A DNA stretch of 64,000 nt from NCBI GenBank assembly GCA_022824615.1, contig JAJDZM010000072.1:18343-82342 (forward strand), read 5' to 3'. Both the position numbers and the translations under genes were made by a program. Below, in pieces: positions 43,872-52,521 of the stretch. Each line of letters opens with the position of its first letter. The stretch's first letter is position 1. The notes below the pieces were generated by a model that was not told the origin of the DNA, made no database searches, and worked only from the letters and a program-made list of their open reading frames with translations. The DNA comes from Candidatus Binatia bacterium. Its GTDB lineage: Bacteria > Desulfobacterota > Binatia > Bin18.

Positions 43872-44630
43872 TTAGCGTGGTCCTGACTTTTTTATTACTC
43901 GTATGACCGCTCGCGTGCTTCTGGGCGGTTGGATACGCACGGGAAGCGGACGGCGGCGTGGCACGGTGGTTTTCGTATAGACGACTGTCGAGTGGATAGA
44001 CTTATGCCCCAAATGCGCCTGTACTTCCTCCAGGGCATGTCCGTCCTCAAGCAGATGGGCGGCAACGGAATGGCGTAAACAGTGACTGTGGCGTTTCGAC
44101 GGCGGAAGCTTGGCTTGCTCCGCGTACAGGCGGAAGAGTCGATCAATACGCTGGCGACTGACCGGACGCGCATTGCGCGACGGAAAGAGATAGGGCAGGG
44201 AGTCCCTGCGGTTTTGCAGATACGCTCGGAGCAGATGCAGATACTCTGCGGTCATCGGTTTCTCTCCGGCGACGCCGCCCTTGAGGCGTGGGACATGAAT
44301 GCGGCGAGTGTGAAAGTCAACGTGCTCGCGCAGTAAGAGGCCAACCTCAGAGGCGCGCAGTCCGAAGGCGTACATGGCGGCAAACAGCACACGGTCGCGC
44401 TCGTCGGTAATCTGGGCAAAGAATCGCTCAACTTCTCGACGAGTCAACGTGACATATCTCGCACGGGGCTCCTGCTGCCGGGGTTCCACACCTTGAACTG
44501 AAGCACGTTCTTGGCGTGAAACTTTCGTTTGCAGTTCTCGGAGATAACGGGCAACGCTTTTCCCCTGTCGGGCGGCTTGCTGGGCGGCAAGCCGAAGGAG
44601 CTTTTCCTGTTGGCTGAGGTCGTCTTTCAC
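43872..44630 (-). CDS. Tyrosine recombinase/integrase, catalytic domain only (short form)
   Basis: Catalytic residues are recognisable: GLRASE (R), HCLRHS (H-x-x-R), LGHKSIHSTVVYT (H...Y). At 252 aa there is no obvious N-terminal core-binding domain. Confidence 0.8.
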   Translation of the reverse strand: MKDDLSQQEKLLRLAAQQAARQGKSVARYLRELQTKVSRQERASVQGVEPRQQEPRARYVTLTRREVERFFAQITDERDRVLFAAMYAFGLRASEVGLLLREHVDFHTRRIHVPRLKGGVAGEKPMTAEYLHLLRAYLQNRRDSLPYLFPSRNARPVSRQRIDRLFRLYAEQAKLPPSKRHSHCLRHSVAAHLLEDGHALEEVQAHLGHKSIHSTVVYTKTTVPRRRPLPVRIQPPRSTRAVIRVIKKSGPR

Positions 44631-44666
44631 AGGGGTTTCCCGCTCGTACTGATGGGTGGAGTCGGA

Positions 44667-45308
44667 CTACGGAATGCCGAGCAGTTTATGGGTTTGCAGA
44701 CTGAGCCGCCACCGCGGGTGATCCAGACAGTATTGCAGCGCCAGTTGGGTATTGCGCTCCCGCTCAGGGCCATCCATTGGCTGCAGGAAAAACTCCTGAA
44801 AATCGAGTTGAGCAAAGCGCTCTGGCTCGGCACCGGACTGGGGAAAGACGAGCTTCAGTTCACCGCCCTGCCTGAGGGCGAGGGTCGAGCCAGCCTTGGG
44901 ACTGACACAGATCCAATCGATGCCCGGCGGTGGAAGCAGCGTTCCATTTGTTTCAATGGCAATCTCAAAGCCTTCTGCATGCAGGGCGTCAACCAGCGCG
45001 GCATCAAGCTGGAGCAGGGGTTCGCCGCCTGTACACACCACAAACCGAATACCGTCCGGCGTCCGCCGGGCCGGCCAAGTGGCAGCGACCGCCTGAGCCA
45101 GATCGCGGGCGGACGCGAAACGTCCCCCCCCGGAGCCATCCGTCCCAACGAAATCGGTATCGCAGAACTGACAGACCGCCGTAGCGCGGTCCTTCTCCAG
45201 CCCGGACCATAAATTGCACCCGGTAAAACGACAGAAGACCGCCGGCCGTCCGGTGTGAGCACCTTCGCCTTGGAGGGTATAAAAAATTTCTTTGACTGCG
45301 TAGCTCAT
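44667..45308 (-). CDS. queE: 7-carboxy-7-deazaguanine synthase (radical SAM)
   Basis: MSYAVKEIFYTLQGEGAHTGRPAVFCRFTGCNLWSGLEKDRATAVCQFCDTDFVGTDG closely matches the Burkholderia-type QueE N-terminus as remembered. The start at 45308 is preferred over 45383. Confidence 0.9.
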   Translation of the reverse strand: MSYAVKEIFYTLQGEGAHTGRPAVFCRFTGCNLWSGLEKDRATAVCQFCDTDFVGTDGSGGGRFASARDLAQAVAATWPARRTPDGIRFVVCTGGEPLLQLDAALVDALHAEGFEIAIETNGTLLPPPGIDWICVSPKAGSTLALRQGGELKLVFPQSGAEPERFAQLDFQEFFLQPMDGPERERNTQLALQYCLDHPRWRLSLQTHKLLGIP

Positions 45309-45388
45309 GAAAAAAGAAAGGGACGCCAAAGACGTCCCTTGTCTGACCCGGAAGAGGAAAGAGGGAAATATCCGCGGATACAAACCCC

Positions 45389-45748
45389 TCAGGCTGACTT
45401 TTTCTTCCGAGCAGCCTTCTTTGGCGCGGCCTTCTTTGCTGCCGTTTTCTTCGCTGCCGTCTTCCGAGGTGCTCTCTGGACAGAGTCGGTCAGTGCTTTT
45501 GCCGGCTTAAAGGCCACTTTGTTTCGGGCCGGAATGGTAATCTCCTCCCCAGTCCGCGGATTGCGTGCCTTGCGTCTTTTCACTGAGCGTAACTGAAAGG
45601 TCCCAAGATTGGGGATTCTTAATCCTTTGTCTTTTTTGACCGTTTTTGTGATGAACGCCACAAAGGAATCCAGATTGTCGGCTGCCTGGCGGTTCGAGAT
45701 CCCACCCCACGTCTCTGCCAACTTTTCCACCATTTCTGCCTTCGTCAT
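45389..45748 (-). CDS. HU/IHF-family DNA-binding protein with a Lys/Ala-rich C-terminal tail
   Basis: LRIPNLGTFQLRSVKRRKARNPRTGEEITIPARNKVAFKPAKAL (HU arm), then KTAAKKTAAKKAAPKKAARKKKSA. Confidence 0.85.
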   Translation of the reverse strand: MTKAEMVEKLAETWGGISNRQAADNLDSFVAFITKTVKKDKGLRIPNLGTFQLRSVKRRKARNPRTGEEITIPARNKVAFKPAKALTDSVQRAPRKTAAKKTAAKKAAPKKAARKKKSA

Positions 45749-45963
45749 GCTACCAACCTCCTCACCCGATTGGGTTTTACACTACACCCCACACCAGAAG
45801 TCGAGGGGACTCACCATTTGCCTATCAACTCTTCCACGAACCGGTCACTTCTTCTCTCCGTATCCTCCTCTCATCCTCCTTCCACAATCACAACGCGAGA
45901 TGTCCGACTCCAGGCAGAAACGAGAAAGAAGAATGTTATACTCAGAGCAGAGACATCTCTTCA

Positions 45964-45993
45964 ATTTTTATCCGTCAGGCTTGGGAATGTCAA
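45964..45993 (-). promoter_or_regulatory. Candidate sigma70 promoter (TTGACA-17 nt-TAAAAAT) about 215 nt upstream of the HU-like gene
   Basis: Reverse strand: TTGACA (45993-45988), a 17-nt spacer, then TAAAAAT (45970-45964). Confidence 0.35.
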
Positions 45994-46019
45994 TAAAATC
46001 GGGCAAAAACAGCCGTAAT

Positions 46020-48467
46020 CTACCGATACATCTCGACCAGTTCGATCATGCCGAGATCTTTGAGCGTGGAAAACAGGCGGCCCTTCACCTCGCGAGCCGT
46101 TCCCAGTTGAACAACCTCCTGGGTGAGAGAGTGGGCGGCGGTATAGGAGAGCGAACGGATGAGGCGTTTGATAACCGGGACAAAGAACGGCTCCATACTG
46201 AGTTCATCCAACCCGATACCGAGCAGCACGAGCGTACACAGCGGATCGGAGGCCATTTCTCCGCACATGCTGACTCGTTTCCCGGCGTGTTGTGCGGCAT
46301 GGACGGTAGTGGCTATGGCGTTCAAGACAGCCGGGTGGAGGGGCTCATAGAGAGAGGCGACCTTGCGGTTATTCCGGTCTACCGCAAGTAAATACTGAAT
46401 GAGGTCATTCGTCCCAATACTAAAGAAGTCCACTTCTTGGGCGAGTCGATCTGCTAACCATACTGCCGCAGGCACCTCAACCATCACACCGACCGGCATC
46501 AACGGGTCGAACGGTTTTCCCTCGCGTTGTAATTCATCCTTTGCCTGCGTCAACAGGTTCTTGACTTGGAGCAGTTCTTCTACGCTGGAGATCATGGGAA
46601 ACAAAATACGAACCGGCCCATGCACTCCGGCACGTAAAATAGCGCGCAACTGTACCTTAAAGAGGTCGGCCATCTCCAAAGAGATCCGAATCGAACGCCA
46701 GCCTAAGAAGGGGTTATCTTCCTGGGGCAGCTTCATATAAGGCGGATATTTATCGGGTCCGAGATCCAAGGTGCGGATGGTGACCGGCTTACCCGCCATG
46801 CCAGTCAACACCCTTTGATACAGCGCTAACTGGGTCTCTTCGTCCGGGAAATCGCTATAGGTCAGGAACGGGACTTCGGTCCGGTAGAGCCCAACGTTTT
46901 CGGCTCCATGGCGCTGGGCAAATTCGATATCGCTTAGCAAGCCGATATTGGCTCCGAGCGCAATACGCACCCCGTCCCGCGTTTCTGCGGGGAGGTCGTG
47001 AATTTCTTCGAGATTCCGGTTAAACGCGCGATACTCGCGGTCAAAGCGGCTATACTCACGGACGATTTCAGCGCCAGGATTCACATAGGTCACCCCAGCA
47101 TTCCCGTCCACGATCACGGCATCGCCCTGCTGGATAACGGCAGCGTGTTCGACCCCAACAACGGTGGGAATTTCAAAGGACTTCGCCAGAATAGACGTAT
47201 GTGAGGTTGCGCCACCGTTGGCCAGGACGACTCCCTTCAACTGACGATGATCCACTCGGCAGAGGTCAGACAGAGAGAGATCGTCCGCCACGAGAATCAG
47301 ATTCTCCCCTTGTGGTCCGCTCTTCTCCTCCAGGCCGAGCAGGTGGCGGAGGACCCGCTGGCCAATATCGCGCACGTCCGCTGCTCGGTCACGCAGGTGC
47401 TCACCGCCGGCTCGCTCCAGGGTCTCCACATAGCCTTCCGTGACTTCCTTCAGAGCGGTATCCGCGGCGTAGCCATCCCGAACCTGCGTTTCAATCTTCT
47501 CGATAAACGCCACATCTTCCAGCATCATGCGATGTACATCAAAAATCGCCTGGTCGATCTCTGGCAGCCGCTCTTGGACGCGTTCTTTGAGCGCATCAAT
47601 CTCTTGAATCGACCGCGTCAGAGCGGCGTGCAGGTGCCCGAGTTCGGCATCCGGGTTGTCCGTGCGATGCTCTTCAATCGCGTCAAGACGAACAACCGGG
47701 TGGACAAGATGAGCCTGACCGGAGCCGATCCCAGGCGAAGCACTGACCCCGGTCAGCCGTAAACGGCTCGCCCGCCCCGGCCTCTGTGTTCGCTGGGCCC
47801 GTCTGCGCTCATAGGCACTCGGGCGTTGAATGGCCGCCAACATGCGCGCTCGATAATCCTGACGCTCTCGCTCCTTTGTATTGAGCGAGTCCTGCGCGCG
47901 GGCTTGCACGACGATGCCTGCAACCTGGGTGGCAATCGTTTTGAGCAGACGGACCTCTGCCTGTGGAAAACGGCGACGACTCCGACTCTGGACTATGAGC
48001 ACGCCAAGTATCTTATCCTTGTCGCTCATCGGCAGGCCCAGAAATGAATGGAAGCGCTCCTCTCCGGTTTCCGGAAAGTATTTATTCCGTTCGTGCGTCA
48101 TGGCATCTGGGGCGACGACGGGTTCCCGTGTTTCAATCACGAGGCCCGTCAGCCCTTCATGTTTGTCCAGACTGACTTTCCCGATAGCCGTCTGATCCAA
48201 ACCGGTCGTTGCCCAGAGCGTCAGCCGCTCCCCCTTGGAATCTAAGAGATAGAGCGAACAGACATCGGTCCCCATTCGCTGGGTAATGATCCTGGTGATT
48301 TCCTGTAGCGTGCCGCGTAAGTCGTGAGCCTGAGAGAAGAGGGCGTCAATATCTTCGAGCAGGTGGAGCTCGGGCTGCTGCGCCGGCTGCGGTTCAGGCG
48401 GCACTCGTCCCTCGGTCTGTTTTTTCACGGCAGTTTTTGAAGATTCACTCATAAAATAAGGGAGCAC
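46020..48467 (-). CDS. ptsP: GAF-domain phosphoenolpyruvate-protein phosphotransferase (EI-Ntr)
   Basis: 815 aa. N-terminal GAF domain (DVCSLYLLDSKGERLTLWATTGL), then PEP-utilising enzyme domains (GGATSHTSILAKSFEIPTVVG...GLYRTEVPFL...FFSIGTNDLIQY). Confidence 0.9.
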   Translation of the reverse strand: MLPYFMSESSKTAVKKQTEGRVPPEPQPAQQPELHLLEDIDALFSQAHDLRGTLQEITRIITQRMGTDVCSLYLLDSKGERLTLWATTGLDQTAIGKVSLDKHEGLTGLVIETREPVVAPDAMTHERNKYFPETGEERFHSFLGLPMSDKDKILGVLIVQSRSRRRFPQAEVRLLKTIATQVAGIVVQARAQDSLNTKERERQDYRARMLAAIQRPSAYERRRAQRTQRPGRASRLRLTGVSASPGIGSGQAHLVHPVVRLDAIEEHRTDNPDAELGHLHAALTRSIQEIDALKERVQERLPEIDQAIFDVHRMMLEDVAFIEKIETQVRDGYAADTALKEVTEGYVETLERAGGEHLRDRAADVRDIGQRVLRHLLGLEEKSGPQGENLILVADDLSLSDLCRVDHRQLKGVVLANGGATSHTSILAKSFEIPTVVGVEHAAVIQQGDAVIVDGNAGVTYVNPGAEIVREYSRFDREYRAFNRNLEEIHDLPAETRDGVRIALGANIGLLSDIEFAQRHGAENVGLYRTEVPFLTYSDFPDEETQLALYQRVLTGMAGKPVTIRTLDLGPDKYPPYMKLPQEDNPFLGWRSIRISLEMADLFKVQLRAILRAGVHGPVRILFPMISSVEELLQVKNLLTQAKDELQREGKPFDPLMPVGVMVEVPAAVWLADRLAQEVDFFSIGTNDLIQYLLAVDRNNRKVASLYEPLHPAVLNAIATTVHAAQHAGKRVSMCGEMASDPLCTLVLLGIGLDELSMEPFFVPVIKRLIRSLSYTAAHSLTQEVVQLGTAREVKGRLFSTLKDLGMIELVEMYR

Positions 48468-48549
48468 ATTCTATCTAAGGCCCTGGGAGGCCACAAGGCA
48501 CGGAGCCCTCGCAGCCCCAAGTCTGGCCGGCCGGAGACCTCAAGCTGTC

Positions 48550-49335
48550 TTACAGATCAACTTGATGATTGAGCGGAGCATGCCCGTGTCCAATCCGGAA
48601 CCCGGTGGAGATCGCGCGAGTCACAAAGTCTTTCGCGTGCGCGATTGACTCCTCGACCGCTTCGCCTTTGGCCAGCTCGGCCGTGATCGCGGCCGAGAAG
48701 GTGCATCCCGCTCCATGCGTGCACACCGTGTCTATTTTCTGACAGGAGTAGGCTCGAAAAGTGCTGCCGTCGAACAGCAGATCACAGGCGTCTTCTTCGA
48801 GGTGCCCGCCCTTCACCACCACATAGGCCGGCCCTAAGGCCTTAATACGGCGGGCGGCCTCTTCCATATCAGACCGCCGGACGACCTCCATGCCGGCCAG
48901 CAGCCCGGCCTCATGCAGATTTGGGGTCACCACAAACGCCAGTGGGAGCAGTTTCTCTGTCAGGGCTTGGCGGGCGTCTGCTTGGAGAAGGGCGTGGCCT
49001 CCTTTGGCGACCATCACCGGGTCAACGACCAGCTTCTGGACGCCATATTCTCCTATTTTGCGACTCACCACCTCAACGAGGGGAATGGATGACAGCATGC
49101 CCGTCTTTGCGGCCTGGATTTGCATATCGCCAAACACGCTGTCAAACTCCTGGGCGACAAAATCAGGCGGGAGCTCAACAACGGCCTGAACGCCCAGCGT
49201 GTTTTGGGCGGTCACCGCGGTCAGCACGCTCAGGCCATAGACACCGCGCGCCATAAAGGTTTTGAGATCGGCCTGAATACCGGCCCCACCTCCACTGTCC
49301 GACCCGGCAATGGTTAAGGCTTTGGGGCGTGTCAT
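48550..49335 (-). CDS. thiD: Hydroxymethylpyrimidine/phosphomethylpyrimidine kinase
   Basis: ALTIAGSDSGGGAGIQADLKTF...VVDPVMVAKGG...THGAGCTFSAAITAELAKG. Confidence 0.9.
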   Translation of the reverse strand: MTRPKALTIAGSDSGGGAGIQADLKTFMARGVYGLSVLTAVTAQNTLGVQAVVELPPDFVAQEFDSVFGDMQIQAAKTGMLSSIPLVEVVSRKIGEYGVQKLVVDPVMVAKGGHALLQADARQALTEKLLPLAFVVTPNLHEAGLLAGMEVVRRSDMEEAARRIKALGPAYVVVKGGHLEEDACDLLFDGSTFRAYSCQKIDTVCTHGAGCTFSAAITAELAKGEAVEESIAHAKDFVTRAISTGFRIGHGHAPLNHQVDL

Positions 49336-49379
49336 GGCCTGAGTATCTCGTGCACGTGGTCTACAGGAAATGACGCTGG

Positions 49380-50057
49380 CTAGGGGAACGCGCGTAACTC
49401 GCCAGTGTTCAGCCCCTGACCGGTGGAATAGCGGCCCGCTTTGAGCTCATCAATGAGTTCTCGGGTGGTCGAAAGGGGACGCTCGAAAATTGTGACCGCG
49501 CAGCCGATGGAAGAGGCAGAGTGGCTGTCACTGCCTCCAATGCGTTTACACCCGACATGCTCGGCCACCGCCTGGGCGTACCGATTTTCTTCTTCTGAGC
49601 AGGCACCGTTTACCACCTCAATGGCGTCCACATATTCCAGCACTTCGAGGGCGTTACTCCCAGACGCAGGATCGGCCTGGTCGATCGGGGCGGTTTTGTG
49701 GATAAACTGGAAGCGCGGGTCGAGCTTGTAGCGAAACGGGTGGTTGGCGATCAGAAAGCCGTCAACCTCATCGATAATGCGTCGCAACTCCTTGACCTTA
49801 TAGATACCGCCGACATAGCGGTCGAGGCCAAAGGCTCCGACGTGGCCCCACTCGGTCGTGACCTCAATCCCCAAAAATAATGTCACCCCACGTTCGTGGG
49901 CGTACTGCTCGATTTCCGGGTCCGTCCAGGCATTGTCGTGTTCGGTGATGCAAATCCCCTCCAGGCCGATGGTGTGCGCCTGGTCGATCATCAGCAAGGG
50001 GTCAAGATTGCTGTCAGAGCTGCCGCGTGTCGTATGAACGTGGAAATCAACCCGCAT
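49380..50057 (-). CDS. PHP-domain phosphoesterase
   Basis: MRVDFHVHTTRGSSDS...CITEHDN...GSDSHS. Confidence 0.8.
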   Translation of the reverse strand: MRVDFHVHTTRGSSDSNLDPLLMIDQAHTIGLEGICITEHDNAWTDPEIEQYAHERGVTLFLGIEVTTEWGHVGAFGLDRYVGGIYKVKELRRIIDEVDGFLIANHPFRYKLDPRFQFIHKTAPIDQADPASGSNALEVLEYVDAIEVVNGACSEEENRYAQAVAEHVGCKRIGGSDSHSASSIGCAVTIFERPLSTTRELIDELKAGRYSTGQGLNTGELRAFP

Positions 50058-50245
50058 GGTTTATAATACGCTCCTGTTTCGTAGGCCGCCTTTCTATACC
50101 GTCTTCTGCATACGCAGGCAAGAGTGCAACCCTGCGTCCCCGTTCAGACTTTCTCATTCGGTTCCTTTTGTTCTCCGCCCGGCCTGTGCTACAGTCCGCT
50201 TACCTCAGCTATGTCACTAAGGCTATTCCATCAGGAGGGGAAGCT

Positions 50246-51463
50246 ATGAAGCGACCATTAGACGGCGTTCGCATTATTGACTGGACGATTTGGCAACAAG
50301 GGCCGGTCTCAACCATGATGTTGGCTGACTTGGGCGCCGAAGTCATCAAGATCGAAGAGCGCGTCGGAGGGGACCCGGGCCGAGGCGTGTTGAGTATTGC
50401 CGGTGCGTTGGTTGGGGCGACGAGTGGTCCGAATTTCTATTTTGAGGCCAATAACCGGCATAAGCAGAGCCTCACCCTCGATCTCAAAAACCCCAAAGCC
50501 ATAGAGATTGTCTATCAATTGGCGGAGAAATCCGACGTCTTTGTGCAGAACTTCCGGAAAGGTGTGGCCGACAAGCTGGGTATCGGCTACGAGGCGCTCT
50601 CTCAGCGCAACCCGCAACTCATCTACGCCAGTGCAACCGGCTACGGTCCGTTCGGGCCGGATTCCGGTGAGCCCTCCTTTGACTATATGGGGCTGGCGCG
50701 CTCGGGCATCATGACCGCGGTGGGTGAACCTCAGATGGAACCCCTCAGCATTGCCGGTGGCATCGCCGATCAGATGGGCGCCATCATGCTCGCATACGGT
50801 GTCATGGCCGCTCTGCTGGCGCGCGAAAAATATGGCATGGGCCAGGAGGTCGATATCTCTCATCTGGGCAGCATGACTGCGCTTCAAGGGCTTAATGTGG
50901 CGTGCAAAGCCATTCTCGGCAAGGAGTTTAAGCGCATGCCACGCGCCGCAGCGCCGAGCCCACTGTGGAACCATTATAAATGCGGCGATGACAAGTGGAT
51001 CTGCCTGGCCATGCCGCAGCAGGATCGCTACTGGTCCGATTTCTGCAAAGTCCTGGGCATTGAGCACGTCCTGGACGATCCCCGCTTTGCGACCATGGGA
51101 GACCGAGCCGACAACGCCAAAGATTTGATTCCCATTCTGGATGCTGCGTTCACCTCACGGCCCCGAGACGACTGGATGAAAGCCCTCAAGGAAGGCGGAG
51201 ACTTCATTTACACGGTGGTCAACACGATTGCTGACCTGCCCACCGACGAACAGATGCTCGCCAACGAGTATATTGTCGATTATGAGCATCCCCGTATCGG
51301 CAAGACGCAGTTGGTTGGCGTGCCGGTTCGCTTGAGCAAAACCCCGGGCAACCCCAAAGGCGCGGCTCCAGAGTTCGGCGAACACACCGAGCACATCCTC
51401 ACCGAGCTGCTGGACTATTCGTGGGAAGACGTGGCCAAGTTGAGAGAAGAGGAAGTGATTTAA
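50246..51463 (+). CDS. Family III CoA-transferase (CaiB/BaiF type)
   Basis: MKRPLDGVRIIDWTIWQQGPVSTMMLADLGAEVIKIE. The ATG at 50246 is preceded by GGAGGGGAAGCT; the track start at 50027 overlaps the PHP gene. Confidence 0.85.
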   Translation: MKRPLDGVRIIDWTIWQQGPVSTMMLADLGAEVIKIEERVGGDPGRGVLSIAGALVGATSGPNFYFEANNRHKQSLTLDLKNPKAIEIVYQLAEKSDVFVQNFRKGVADKLGIGYEALSQRNPQLIYASATGYGPFGPDSGEPSFDYMGLARSGIMTAVGEPQMEPLSIAGGIADQMGAIMLAYGVMAALLAREKYGMGQEVDISHLGSMTALQGLNVACKAILGKEFKRMPRAAAPSPLWNHYKCGDDKWICLAMPQQDRYWSDFCKVLGIEHVLDDPRFATMGDRADNAKDLIPILDAAFTSRPRDDWMKALKEGGDFIYTVVNTIADLPTDEQMLANEYIVDYEHPRIGKTQLVGVPVRLSKTPGNPKGAAPEFGEHTEHILTELLDYSWEDVAKLREEEVI

Positions 51464-51473
51464 GACAGGGATT

Positions 51474-51499
51474 GGGGACTGGGGATTTGGGGTCGGGGG
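51474..51499 (+). other. Canonical G-quadruplex-forming motif
   Basis: GGGG-act-GGGG-attt-GGGG-tc-GGGGG in the 99-nt spacer between the CoA-transferase stop and the glycosylase start. Confidence 0.5.
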
Positions 51500-51562
51500 C
51501 CGTGCAATTGAGGACAGCAACACCCGACTGAAACTCCGCCTGGCTCTCAAAGACCTGGAGCG

Positions 51563-52480
51563 ATGATCCTTACCTTTCAACTCCTTCCGCGAGCACCATA
51601 TGCGTTCGACCTGACCGTAGCCCGCTTCCGGCGTTTTGCGAGCGAGAACGTCGATCTGGTCGTGGGCAAGCAATACCAACGCCTGCTCGCGGCCGGTCGC
51701 CAACTGGCGTTGGCTACGGTGATGGATGTCGGCACGCGGACTAAGCCAAGGTTGACAGTGGAATTGCGTAGCCCATCCAGGGCTGCTCTCAAGCAGGCGG
51801 AGTTTCACGCTCAGTTGCGTCACATCCTGTGTACTGACTTTGATATCGGGCCGTTTTATCGATTAGGACGTCAGGACGAGATGTTGGCGCCGCTGGTAAA
51901 GCGTTTCCGTGGGCTACGCATTACCTCCAGCCCGACGCTGTTCGAGTCACTGGTCATGGCAGTCCTCTCCCAGCAGGTCAACCTCACCTTTGCCTATTCC
52001 ATTAAAAAAGAATTGGTTGAGGCGTTTGGTCGTCAATGGCATGACAAGGGACATACCTATTATGCGTTTCCCGAGCCAAAGCGGTTTGCCAGCCAGAGCC
52101 TGGAGACCCTGCGCGGCTTTCGGCTGAGCAATGCCAAGGCCAGTACGCTGATTCGCCTGGGCGAAGCGTTTGCCTCTCGGACTTTGCGGCAGAGCGCAAT
52201 CGCTCAGCTTTCAGACGAAGCAGCGATTGAAGCCCTGATCCAACTCAAAGGGATTGGCCGCTGGTCGGCGGAAACTGCACTGATGCGTGGCTTGGCCAGA
52301 TCCGATGCGTTTCCGGGCGGCGACTTGGGCGTGGTCAAATATCTTGCCCAGGGCATGTTGGGCAAAAAAGAAAAGGCAACCGAAACCGAAATGCGCGCCT
52401 TTGCCGAGCGTTGGCGGCCTTATCGTGGGCTGGCCTTGGTTTATTGCTATGCGGAGCTCGCCCGCCGCCGCGCCGTGTAG
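51563..52480 (+). CDS. HhH-GPD DNA glycosylase (AlkA-like 3-methyladenine glycosylase II)
   Basis: LIQLKGIGRWSAETALMRGLARSDAFPGGDLGV (HhH plus catalytic Asp motif). Confidence 0.8.
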   Translation: MILTFQLLPRAPYAFDLTVARFRRFASENVDLVVGKQYQRLLAAGRQLALATVMDVGTRTKPRLTVELRSPSRAALKQAEFHAQLRHILCTDFDIGPFYRLGRQDEMLAPLVKRFRGLRITSSPTLFESLVMAVLSQQVNLTFAYSIKKELVEAFGRQWHDKGHTYYAFPEPKRFASQSLETLRGFRLSNAKASTLIRLGEAFASRTLRQSAIAQLSDEAAIEALIQLKGIGRWSAETALMRGLARSDAFPGGDLGVVKYLAQGMLGKKEKATETEMRAFAERWRPYRGLALVYCYAELARRRAV

Positions 52481-52514
52481 GGGCAACCCTTGTGGTTGCC
52501 CAAGTCGGGCGGGG
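52477..52514. repeat. REP-like palindromic repeat (copy C)
   Basis: GTAGGGGCAACC-cttgt-GGTTGCCCAAGTCGGGCGGGG is the reverse complement of the unit at 24946-24983 (about 80% identity). It overlaps the glycosylase stop codon. Confidence 0.7.
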
Positions 52515-52521
52515 ACAAGAA

